A DNA stretch of 62,934 nucleotides, the filler included, from Intoshia linei (lineage: Eukaryota; Animalia; Orthonectida): the NCBI GenBank assembly GCA_001642005.1. It is 5 parts of 5 records of this genome, joined end to end, with 100 filler letters (N's around TTAATTAATTAA, not from the genome) between each part and the next. Parts side by side here need not be neighbours in the genome. Positions count along the whole stretch, not along the records: positions 4,910 to 14,234 come from LWCA01001400.1; positions 14,335 to 40,323 come from LWCA01000483.1; 3 more parts are not named here. One strand, 5' to 3'. Position numbers and translations under genes: made by a program. Below, in pieces: positions 13,145-25,700 of the stretch. Position 1 is the first letter of the stretch. Every line of letters begins with the position of its first letter. A model generated the notes under the pieces. It did not search any database, was not told the DNA's origin, and saw only the letters and a program-made list of their open reading frames with translations.

Positions 13145-14234
13145 TGTAACTATAACACCGTATTAATTAAAAAAATTGTTAAAAATCTACTTGACTAGAA
13201 ATGGATATCTGAAAAATCGTTAAAGATTGAACTGACGAAATAGGGACGTACAGTAAACATCCGTTATTCGTGTAGTATCCAAGACGAATATATTATATAA
13301 CCTTGTACTTACATTTGATTAATTGATTAAACGATAATTGTTAACTCGTGAATGTCAGATACAACATTGGTGTCAGAAGTGCTTGGTAAACCCAACATAT
13401 TGTTATCGAGTTATGGTGAATTATTGATGAAAGTGAAAGATTGGATTGATAAATTTGAAAATTTTACACTTTTGTATTATGATGATATAAAAAAGAATCG
13501 AAAAGTAGTTTTATTGAAAATATGCATCGGTGACGAGGCGGAAAGATACTTAAAACTATTTGAAGAATATGATACAATAATATCAGATATTAGGTCATGG
13601 CAGATCAAAAATGTATTGAGAAAAAGATATGAATTTTTATCCGTGAGTCAAGAACCAAATATAAGATTTTGTACTTACATTACTCCATTAATCAAGGATT
13701 ATAATGCAACTGAGTATACAAATGATTCAATAAGGTTAGATGTATTTATTAAAGTATGTTATTGTAATACACTAAAATCTAAATTATTAATTGAAGAAAA
13801 GCTGACCTGGGATCGTGCAAGAAAAATTTGTTTAAATTATGAAATAATTAACAAACAGCAAGTGAATTATATATCTAAATATCATTTGGCATCATTTACT
13901 AATTGTCTGGGTAGAAATATTAAATGGTTTAAATGTAGCAGAATTGATCATTTTAGCAAACGTTGCAATCCTAATCTACAGAAAAAGAAATTGTAAACTA
14001 TTGTAATTAACATTGACGGTAGAGATATTGAAATAATCGTAGATACTGGAAGCGAAGTGAGTTTACTACCGAAAAGTTTTTTAAATTCTCAGCCTATTAT
14101 TAATAGTCATTGTAAATTGATATCTTTTAGCGGTCATATAATATGCCAACAAGAAGCATGGATTACCAAATGTAAATACTGAAATCGAACAGTGACACAA
14201 CGATTTGAAATTGTAGATGGTTGCAAACCCATCA
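13145..14234 (+). mobile_element. Ty3/Gypsy (Mag-clade-like) LTR retrotransposon 5' part: LTR, PBS, degenerate gag, protease
   Basis: TGT...ACA LTR at 13145-13366. PBS TGGTGTCAGAAGTG at 13368-13381 (tRNA-Leu type). gag has KSKLLIEEKLTWDRA and a degenerate knuckle WFKCSRIDHFSKRC. Protease IVDTGSEVSLLP (DTG at 14042) is in frame after a TAA. Confidence 0.85.
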
Positions 14235-14334
14235 NNNNNNNNNNNNNNNNNNNNNNNNNNNNNNNNNNNNNNNNNNNNTTAATTAATTAANNNNNNNNNN
14301 NNNNNNNNNNNNNNNNNNNNNNNNNNNNNNNNNN
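14235..14334. other. Assembly spacer
   Basis: N44-TTAATTAATTAA-N44. Confidence 0.97.
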
Positions 14335-14937
14335 TTTATATAATATTAATTTAAAAACCTTTTTAATATGACGTATGACCACCTTCTGGACGGTAGAGTT
14401 CCATAGCACGTATTGGCATGATATCGACGAGCTTCTGGAAAAATCTCACGTCTATATTTCTCTACACATCCAGAACAGCTGATTTCAATTCCGTCTTGTT
14501 TTTAACGCATTTATTTATCAATTTGACCTTAATATGAGCCCATAGATGTTCAATCGGGTTCATATCTGGACTTTGCGGAGGCCAATCAATAACTTGTATA
14601 GATTCTCTGTCAAAAAATGACTTTGCAAGCTTGGACGTATGTTTCGGGTCATTGTTATTCGGGAGACGGTAGTCTTCCATGCACAAATTTCGAGCCGACA
14701 ATGGTAGTTTTGTAGCAAGTATATGTGTATATGCTACAGCATCCATGATACCGTCGATAAAATGTATCTCCTTCACTCCATTGTAAGAAAAACAACCCCA
14801 AACCATTATAGAACAACCACCGTGTTTTATAGTGGCAGTATTATTGTTATTATATAATTTAAATTACGAGATTTTGCGCTTTTGGTCAATTTTTATTTAA
14901 CAATGTGCAAATTGTGCAATATTTTTTTCCAATAGTG
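14335..14937 (-). mobile_element. Internally deleted Tc1 transposon
   Basis: KHGGCSIMVWGCFS...NNDPKH...WPPQSPDMNPIEHLW (DD34E region). Terminus TA|CACTATTGGAAAAAAATATTGCACA at 14937. Confidence 0.9.
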
Positions 14938-15988
14938 TACCCATATTATAGTACTTATTTTGGTATTACCCACTATATTGTTTACTGCATTTTGGATGGT
15001 CAGGTTTTTAGAAAAAGCCATATAAATTTTTTAATAGTAAACTTTAGTTAAACTTTTTAAAAAAACTAATTTTACCAAATAGAAAAATAAAGGGAAATTG
15101 TGTTTTTGACCCTGAAGGACTCAATGGGAAAAATTATATTTTATACATTACTGTGCATGCGACGCAAAAAAATAAAAAAATTCATATTTTTTTGGAACAA
15201 ATTTCGCGATTACCCATGAAAATTATCACATTACCCACTCATTATCATTACCACTGTGGGTAAATACCCACAGGTTGGGAATCACTGATATAGTCAGTGC
15301 CGTGTAAAAACATCCAATTTTGACTAACGCAATATAAAAAAGCAAATAAATTTTATTTTAAAGAAAGGTTTTTTTGCAGGATTCAATTTTATATTTTTCC
15401 ATTTTATTTTAAAAGATTTTTGTGAAGTTTGCAACGAATTTGGAAGTAATAATAATTATAAAAATAAAAATTTATAATTAAAGCGGGCTGCATAATTGAC
15501 ACATTTAGTTAAAGTGTATATCGAGATTCTAACACATTTTGTACATTAACATTATTTTATCAATCACATTATTTTACTCGTCAAGCAAAATAATTCCGAC
15601 ACCTTGATTTAACCAATGTGATAATAATAAAATAATTGTGATATCTGAAGTTTGTAGTATACATCAATTATTCTTAACCGGGTTGACGTGGACCTCAGGG
15701 TCCACAGCAGTTTTTTGGATCCATGAAAAATATTATAAAGTCCAAGGGCGTGTTTATATCTATTTTTTAGTTTATAAATTTGAATTCTTCAAGGTCAAAA
15801 ACCTAATTTGCTTTTTTGTGTAAAAATAAAATCAGCCCACAAATTAATAAATCATAAATTCCGAGACGAGTTATAAAATCAATAACATTGTCGTAATTCT
15901 CAGTCTCAAAAACGCACGCATTCATTGTCAAAACCAAAAATTATTCTATGTTTAAAAAATGAAACATGTCCTAAAATTTTATAAAACA

Positions 15989-16160
15989 CTAGGCTGACTG
16001 TTATGTACTACGTACAAACAGGACCTAGCTTTGCCGAGGGCACATTTTTATTATACTTAAAAAATAAATTCACGTTGAAAATCTAATTTAAAAATCCTAC
16101 TATTCACTATTATCAATCCTTTAAAGGAGTGGTTCCCAAATTTGTTTCAGATGGAACCAT
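15989..16160 (-). mobile_element. Helitron 3' end with adjacent embedded hAT-MITE end
   Basis: Reverse complement reads CTGTTTGTAC-GTA-GTACATAACAGTCAGC-CTAG|T. GAGTGGTTCCCAAA lies at 16127. Confidence 0.7.
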
Positions 16161-16768
16161 CATATCACATTATTTTTTAAATTAAAGTGAATTATTCCAT
16201 CTTAATTTTTTTGTTAACATTAGATAAGGATAAATTCTGGAATAGTTTTTATAATGATAAGCATTATAATAAATGGCACCTCAAAAAAGTGCATTTTATG
16301 GCCAAAACCCCTGATTGCATTTTTTAAATATAATGATAAACTAAATATAAAGATAATGATTTTTAGTCGTGTCCGAGAATATGTGTTTTTTTTAATTTTA
16401 GGGTTGGTTTTATTTTCAATATAAGGTGAAATTGAGTTTTTACTCTGAAGGACTCAATTTCGGAAAATGACATTTACGATACTGGATCACTTTTTTAAAA
16501 AAATATTACCAATTGGTTTTTTTTTAAATAATCGATAACACACACATAAACGTTTATATGATTAAAGGATGTAATGTATATAATTATTTTGAGTCCACAG
16601 ATTTTTTTCAACACCATCGTAGGGGTCCACAGTGAAAATAAGTTGAGAATGCCTGATATACATAATATTCATAAATCGATAATTATGAATCCTATTCACT
16701 TTAACACGGCATTATGATGTAATTTATTAAATAAATAATGATAATTATATAATTATATAATTTTCAAG

Positions 16769-19700
16769 TACTTTGAATGAAAATATCAAAGTTTTTATTA
16801 ATGGAGTGGAATGTACAGTTTTGAATGTAATTGATACGCAAATAACATGTCAAACTGAGCCCGTAACTACAATTAATATGGATTACACAGAACCGATTTT
16901 GATTCAAGTTTCTGTTTTGAGTAAAGGGATTGCCATAAATGTATGATTAACTGATTTTTTTTTATAATAATTAAGAACAATGCTTATTTTGAATACATTG
17001 ATTTATGGTCTTCACGGCATACATGGGGTGGTGCTAATTTGCCAATTGAAAACGATTTTGTTGTTATTACCTCTAAACAACACATTAGGTTGGACATAAG
17101 CACTCCAAAATTATCCATGCTTTTAATTAAAGGTAGTAAAAATTACATTCATCAAATTTTTATTATTAGGCGGAAAACTATCATTCGCCGAACAAGATAT
17201 TGAATTGAAGGTAGACAATATTTTAATCACTGAAGGTGGAATTTTTCAGGTGATAAACTAATTTACTACGTACTAATTTTATAAGGTGGGAACAGAAGAA
17301 ATTCCTTTTGAACATCGCGCTACAATAACTATGACTGGGAAAATTAGAGCACCGGAATTACCAATATATGGGGCGAAAACATTAGCTATAAGAGAAGGTG
17401 GTCTAGAATTGCATGGTATATTAATTTTTCAAACATGGCAATGTAAAATATTATTATCATATGTCTATTTATTATGTCTTTTTATTTTTAGATTTGATAA
17501 TATGAATAATTTTTAGGAAGAAAAACACCTGAAACTTGGTCATTATTAGCTGAGACTATAAATATAGGAGAAAATACTATCATTCTTACAACACAAGTAA
17601 ATTGGCTAGTTGGAGACGAAATAGTTATAGCAAGTACTGGTGATCACAATAGCCAAAATGAGAATGAAAAATTCTCTATTACTAATATTGCTGCTGATGA
17701 AAAAACTATAACATTGAATAAAAATGCAGAGTATAGACACTTGGGTATAACAGAAACGTATGCAAATGGAGCTTCAATTGAATTACGAGCTGAAGTTGGA
17801 TTATTGACCCACAATATCGTTTTCCAGGGAAGTTATAATGATCAATGGGCAGATGTAATCGAAAAGTGCCCAGAAAGATTCGATACAGGTCAATTTGCTG
17901 TTCAAACGTGCTTTCAGGTTGATAAATTTTGTCGTTAATCATAAATGTATATTATATTATTAATATAGGGTCGATTTGGTGCAGAAGTTGGTTCAGATGA
18001 ATTTGGTGGACAGATTATGGCACACGGTCACGAATATGATTCAAATTCTGCAAAAATACACATAGAATATGTCGAATTGTTTAATGTCGGTCAAGCTTTC
18101 CGATTGGGTCGTTATCCAGTTCATTTTCATATAAACGGAAACATGGAAGGATCATATGTAAAGGGTTGTTCTATACACAAAACTTATAATCGTGCAATAA
18201 ATATTCACAACAGTCATCATATACGTAAGTTTAAAATTTTAAGTTGAAGATGTTACTTTTGTCACAATTTTAAGTAAAAAATAAGCAATGAGAATTTATT
18301 CTTATATAAAAAATTATATTTAGTTATTGAACGAAATGTGATATATGATGTGATGGGTGGAGCAGTATTTTTAGAAGATAGTATTGAACGTGAAAATATT
18401 TTACAATACAATTTATTGGTTCATGTAAAATCAAGCTCCAGTTTGCTTACAGACGACATATCACCTGCTGGGTTATGGGTAACCCACCCGTACAATATAG
18501 TAAGACATAATCACATTGCTGGAGGTACTCATTTTGGAATTTGGTATAGAATGAGGGAACATCCTGAAGGACCTTCATATGACAGTTCAATTTGTCCAAG
18601 ATTTGCTCCATTGTTGGAGTGTTTTAATAACACTGCCCATTCTGTGGGTTGGTATGGTTTATGGATTTTTGAACATTATGATCCACGTTCTTCTGCAGAG
18701 ACGTATGGGTCTTGTTCAAACTCTGGAGAAACTGTTCCAGCTATTTTTGATACAATGATAGTATGGAATTCTCTTAGAGGTGCTGAATGGGTACGCTGCA
18801 GTTCAATTCAATTTATCAATTTTATTGTCGGAAATAACTTTGAAGCAGGGCTAGAACATGTGCATATTATGCATCACACACCTCAATATTCTACTTCTGG
18901 AGCAATGGTTAAAGATTCCACAATAATATCCCATTTCAATTATCCGGATAGACCTCCTTGCAGCAGGGTTTTTTTTATTTTTAAATTTAAATTAATGTTT
19001 CTATACATTTATTATACATGAAAAATATGGAAAAATAATGGTGGAAAAGATATTAAAAATTATTTTTCACTTGGAATGCATAGACTTCTAGGTTGAAATT
19101 TTGTATTTATATCAACTGAAATAACCTCTTTCAGTATCATTTTTTTTTTTAATTGTAGAACCATTAATTATTTCAAATTTTTTGTTTTAATAAATTAGTT
19201 AAAAAGTAAATTTCGTCGACGACCCCTTCAGGCGCTTGGGTATCGTGAGTTCGGCGCTGGGTGGCAGCATAAATATTTATTTAAAAAAACTTAGTATGGT
19301 ACAACATTGCCCTTTGGTAATGGACTATTATATGACAACGTTGGATATATAAATTTTGATGGAGAATCTAATGGTAGAATTTGTTCAGCATTTGGATTGG
19401 TCATTGTTGTTTGCGAATGTACATCATACTGCGGTGGGTACAGTTACAGATTTAAAAACATTCAATGGATTAATTCAGAAAAAAGATCATATTTAAAATG
19501 GGAACATATGGTAAAACAGCGATATTATATTATTATATTTAAATATACAATTTAATTTAGTTGGAATTAGTAGATTTGGACGGATCACTTACTGGTGGAC
19601 TTCCCGATAGCAGAATAATTGCAAGTACCAACTTAGTTCCAGCTAGTATCTGTTCCATTGATACAACAGGGCGATGGAATGTAAATTTCAGTGCAATGGT

Positions 19701-22700
19701 GTGCAGACCAGGTGTTGATTTGTTTCGATTTAGCTTCAACGAAGCCTTGCCAGAAAGTTTACTGTACAAAGATATAATAGTAACAAATAGCCATGGTCTA
19801 AGTATTGTACCATTTATAATTAAAAGAGACGTGCACAGAGAAGGGTGGATGTTTATGGGTAGCGTAAATGATGTCCACTCGATTGTCTTTCATGATGCAG
19901 AACAATTAGTCAATATAAGTTATATCGGAAAAATATGGGAATTACCAGTAAATACTAAATTTGATGGTTACCGTTCAGATTATAAAATGTATTAATCATC
20001 TTTACCAAAACTTTTTTTACATATACATTTTTACATGTACAATGTACATTGTACAATTGTATTTTTATTCTACGTTATGTAGTTAATATGTTTTTTTAAA
20101 TTTTATAATCTGAAACGTAATTGTAATGTAATTGTAATGTTTTAATTAATGTGTGATATTAAATAATTATTTAAATATTTTAGGGTCAATCTTATGTTTT
20201 GATACGCCATATGTTAAAACAACCGTGGTACGATATTATAAATATTTCAACTCAACCAATCGCTGATCATAATTATACTATGACAACAGCCTTAGACGTA
20301 GGAATTGTGCCTTGGAGTACAAATAATATATTTGGTGATTATTATCACGATTCAGTAAATATGCATTTGACTTACTTGGGCGTATGTTCTCCATACAATA
20401 TCCCAATTTGTAATTTACCTATATCATTCAAATCGCTAAAATGCTTTTATTACGGATGTGAATTGCCGGAAGGCGGTGATGAAGTTGAAGCAGTAACAGT
20501 AACTCCAGATGATTATTTAAATTGGTCACATCCGTCTAGTTGGAGCAACGTGGAAACAAACAACAAGGGATATTCTTCTATATTGAAAAATGGTATACCG
20601 GATAATGCCGCAATTGTCATAATTCCTCGAGGTGTCTGGATTATTGTTGATAATATTCCGTATTATCCAATTTTTGAACAAATTATTGTACGAGGAACAT
20701 TGGAAATTAAAGATAATACACAAACCAATATATTACAGAAACTTGAAATACATGCCATTAATATTGTAATATATGGAGGGCATATTTTTGCTGGTACACA
20801 TGAGAAATCATTTACTCGGAAACTAGATATTATTTTATATGGAAATCACGATACACCTGAATTTCCATCAGAATTTGGTCCCAAAATTGGATCTAAATCG
20901 ATATGTAATATACAATTTAATAATTAACAATTGCATTAGGCAAATAATAATCATTATATATTCATAAATCATACATCAGATGTACAAAATCTGACTTAAA
21001 TATACATTTTATGTAACCCCAGGTGGGCAAGGTTCCTGACCCCTATATTACAATTGTATAAATGATATTTTTCATATATTTAATTATTTTTAGCCGTATT
21101 TGGAACCCTACAATTATTTGGCTCTTTGAGAGGTAATTCACAAGCTGAATTAGTGAATTCAGTTCATACCGGGGAAAGTTTGATTCTATTAAATAAAAAA
21201 GTCAACTGGGTAGCAGGAGACGAAATAATTATAACCACATCATCTTTCTATTCTCATGAAACAGAAATATTCACTATCGTGTCTATTGAACTCCAATCAT
21301 TGATTACTCTTGATCATACTTTAAAATATGATCATATAATTATTAAAGAAAGTGTGTCTCAAGGTGCAAAATATACAAATTATGAAATAAAAGTTTATGG
21401 TAAAATAATTTTTGCGTTTAATTTTTTTTAACGTTTGTGTCAACATTTAATTATGTTTGTAAAATAACTTTGAATGTTACTGAAAAAACATAATGTAATA
21501 TAGTTTTTAGTTGCACTGGTATCTCGGAATATAAAAATCATCGGAAATGATGGTGGAGTTATGATGAGTCAATCATTTGGAGGTCGAATATTGGTAGGAA
21601 GAACGACAGAAGTTAAAATAGTTGACAATATACCAAAAACAAAATCTTATAAAGGTATACCTTACTTATATAATATACTACGCAATATTTGTTTATGTGT
21701 GTGTGTTCTACTTTATTTTAATAACTACTAGGTTTAGAATTTTATAAAGTCCACATTTCAATTATAGTTTATTCCGGGGTGTTAGCAAAATAAATTTCAA
21801 CCTCCCAAATTCACATCTTATGGGTCAAAAAGCCCAATTATTCTTTTTATGAAAATCAAACGAGTTCGAAAATTTAAAAAAATATATATCTTCAGGGCCA
21901 AAACCCCAAATGATTTTTTTTCAATGTATGAAAAAAATTTCATACAAAACTTAATAAATTGACTTCTAATTAGTAATAATATAAAATTTTAATAAAATAT
22001 TTCGGAAAAAAAATATATGAATACTAAAATGCTTTTTTGACCGTGAAGTCGTCCACTTATTTGGATTGAAATTTTTTAAAAATGAAAATTTGGCCATAAA
22101 GATATAATTTTTTTAAATTTAAATTTATGATAATGTTTATGATTTTAAAATCCGTATCAGCGTATATATTTTTTTAAATTCTCGAACTCGTTTGATTTTC
22201 AAAAAAAAGACAATTGGGATATATATTTTTTTAAATTCTCCAACTCGTTTGATTTTCAAAAAGAGGGACAATTTTTGAAATTCTCCAACTCGTTTGATTT
22301 TCAAAAAGTGGGATAATTGGGGTTTTTGACCCGTAAGATGTAAGTTTGGGAGGTTGAAATTTATCTTATTATACGTCCCGGAAAACACTGTAATTGAAAT
22401 GTGATTTTTAAAAAATTCTAAGACTGGTAGTTATTTCAATAAAGTGGTACACACACACACAAACAAAAATCGCGTAGTATATTTTATTTAAGTTAGGATT
22501 AAGATGGTTAGTATTAAAATTAAAGTTAACCGTTCATTGAGAAGTAATTAGCCGACAGTGATTATTTAATAATTTTAGGAAAAATTCGGTTGGAATCGGT
22601 AGAATTTAAATATTGCGGACAGGAAGGATTTGTATCACCCAGTGATCCAAGATTTCCAGTATCGTTTGTAGATATAAGAAACGATGTGAACGAGGTAAAA

Positions 22701-25700
22701 GATAATTTTGTAAAAAATTGTGCATTTAATCACTGTTTTTCACCAGCAATAGGAGTATTTGCTTCCGATAACATAGACATTATAAGAAACATTGTTTATC
22801 ACACTGTTGGTAGTGCAATAATTACAAATGGTCAAAATACAGTCATCACACACAATTTAGTAGTAACGAATAAATTTACTGGAACATATAATAGAAGATA
22901 TGAATCTTCCAATTTAAATTACGACGGATCTGTTCATACAGTAGATAGCATAAATACAATTTGTCGAAACAACATTGTTATAGGGTCTGAGCGTGCTGCT
23001 TTCAATGTAGGAGGCGAATTGTGTGTATCCAGTGAATCAAATGCTTGGTCGAATAATTTAATTGGTGCATCCTTCATGGGAGTATTGATTGAACCTGATA
23101 ATTGTCAAGCTCTAAAAATAGAAAACCAACCAAAATGTACAAAGATAAGATCATTCATTATATGGCGTACTTGGTCATATGGAATTTATGTTCAATCTAA
23201 ATGTAGTACTATATTTAGTGAAAATACCTTAATCGATACCAAAATTGGTACTTTCGCGTTAGTTATTGGTCAATCACCCACTCTTCACAGCTTATCTAAA
23301 AAATTTGTAATTATTGAGAGATCTTTATATGTTGGACAATCTAAAAACTTTGATTGTGCAAAATACAACATTGAAAATACTGAGGAAGGTTTTGTAAAAA
23401 TCGCATCAAATGCCTTACCACCCAGAATTGGAGGAAAACAAGCATATCATGCAATTTTATGGCCCAATTCAAATGAAATGGATAACATGTTTCCGGAATT
23501 ACTATTTCACTTAACAAAAGGGTTGTTTTTGTTATCGTTTGACATAGATGTAAGACACACTGATTTTGTTAATTATAATATTGGATGTCAAAACAGTATA
23601 AATTACATGTTTGTTTATAATCCCTTGAATAAAGATTTTGATCATATGATCAAAACTAGTGGTATAAAAACTTTTAATGTTGCTGAAAATAATATTGTCA
23701 AGTTTGGAAGACCTAAAGTTTCAAATATTATAACATTCGGAGGGTGTATTGATATGGACTGTGACGCAAAGAAAAAATTAATGATTAAAGACATGGATGC
23801 AACTCTTTTTAAATCATTCATCAATCGACAAAACGTCAAACACACAATTATATCTGACTCGGCGTTTGAGTGGAACGGTGATAGAAGACGAGGATACGGT
23901 GATTATCGAATTCCGAAAACAATGGCTACTGATTTGGATGGAAATAGAATACCGTATAACGAAATTTACAAAAAAATTGGAGTGCAAAACTATAATTGTG
24001 TGTGGAATGATGTTTGGACCGCTTATAAATGCGACAAAGGAGATTACTACCACTTGTTGTTGGAAAGTTTAGACCCCGATACTCTTATACGTAGAATTGG
24101 TCCAGTGGCCATATTATCTGGAGACTTGTTCTTGGATATACTGAATGGACCATCGGATCATGGCATTTGTGAAGGATACGCTTGTCGTCATAGATTAAGC
24201 GCTTACTGGCCAATTGTTGTAGCAAATAGTAATTATACGATTCATTTAACTGCGACGCCGCCACAAAACCTAAGATTATGGTTGCCTTCCACCAAAAAGA
24301 TTTACATTTCCGTAGCCCTTTACTATGCAACTTCGCAAAGAATAGATGTTACTGCTAATGGTGCTTATGTTGTTCCAAGCAACCGAGAATTGGTTGCACC
24401 CGGACAGTTTAGATTTAAAAATGTATTGCATCCTTTTGCTTCAATATTTAAATCAATTTCAGGAGATCATATATACGACATTGTGTCAAAAACACTTTAT
24501 ATAACACTAGAATCAAATATTGATTACAAAATCAAAATTATTCCTGTAGTTCGATTCAGCTTCCAATTACCGGATATGACAATAGACGAATTTTTCGGAA
24601 TTGATATAATCGACAATTTAAGAATATTTTTGGGATTGGATCCTAGTCAAGTTAGAATTGTAAACATAATTTCTGAAACTGCGCCATTAAATCGTAAAAG
24701 GCAAGTTCCGTGGACTGGTTTATCAGTACAATTGGAATTTGGCGATAATCCGGGAATGCAATCACCTGTAATCCAGTACAACAAATTAAAGCAAATTTCT
24801 GATCAATTGGGTGAAGCGATCCAGAGCAATACAATTTCAAGCGTAATGAACGCTACAGTTATTAACATGATAATCTATGATGCGATACCCTATTCTTCGG
24901 ATCCTATATATGCAGAATATATAACAGTTTCGGATGCCAATGTCGGAGAATTTCAACCGAAAGCAATAATTTCGATACCGGACAGTGTGGTTATTACACA
25001 ACAACCTATCAACATCCATGAAAACGTATATTTTGAAAAGCCTATTGTTGTATGCGTATACGATGTAAACAAAATACCAATCATGACTTTATATTCTTCT
25101 TCGGGTTTATGGCAAATTAAATTGACTTTACTTGATGAAAATGATACCGTTATTCATTCAATCAAAAATAATATTGGTGATGTAATTGCCGGGTGTGCCA
25201 AATTTACTGATTTAATTATATACTCTGTCAACGCAACTAAACAATACAGGTAATAAATAGATTAAAGGAATTTATTTATAATTTAAATAATTTTAGACTG
25301 GATGTAAAAGTTTTGCATAATTTTTTTGAATCCCTGGTTTTACAAACTATACCGTTTCAAATTCAAAAACAATTAATTGAAGCACCATTACTTTCAATGA
25401 AGGTTGAACCAAATACGTTATTTGCTTTTAAGGCAAAAATAGTCGATTTTTTGACACGTTCTACTGTGCATTTAGAGGTTTTTCTAATTGTTCTTGATTT
25501 TAGTCGTTTTTTAATTTTAATATTGATAGGATCAAACTTGGGAGATTACTATTGCACCTGATTTGAATTGTGCGGATAATATGAAATTGGAAATGTATGA
25601 TGGTGAAAATCAACAAATTTCAAATATTACTATAAATTTGGACCCCAATAAAAAGTATAGTTCTATGCAAACGACTGAGTTGATTAAAATAATGAACAAT

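Noticed and set aside
22137-22388. ORF with repeated LKIKRVGEF
   Set aside because: Chance translation of the Helitron internal tandem repeat.
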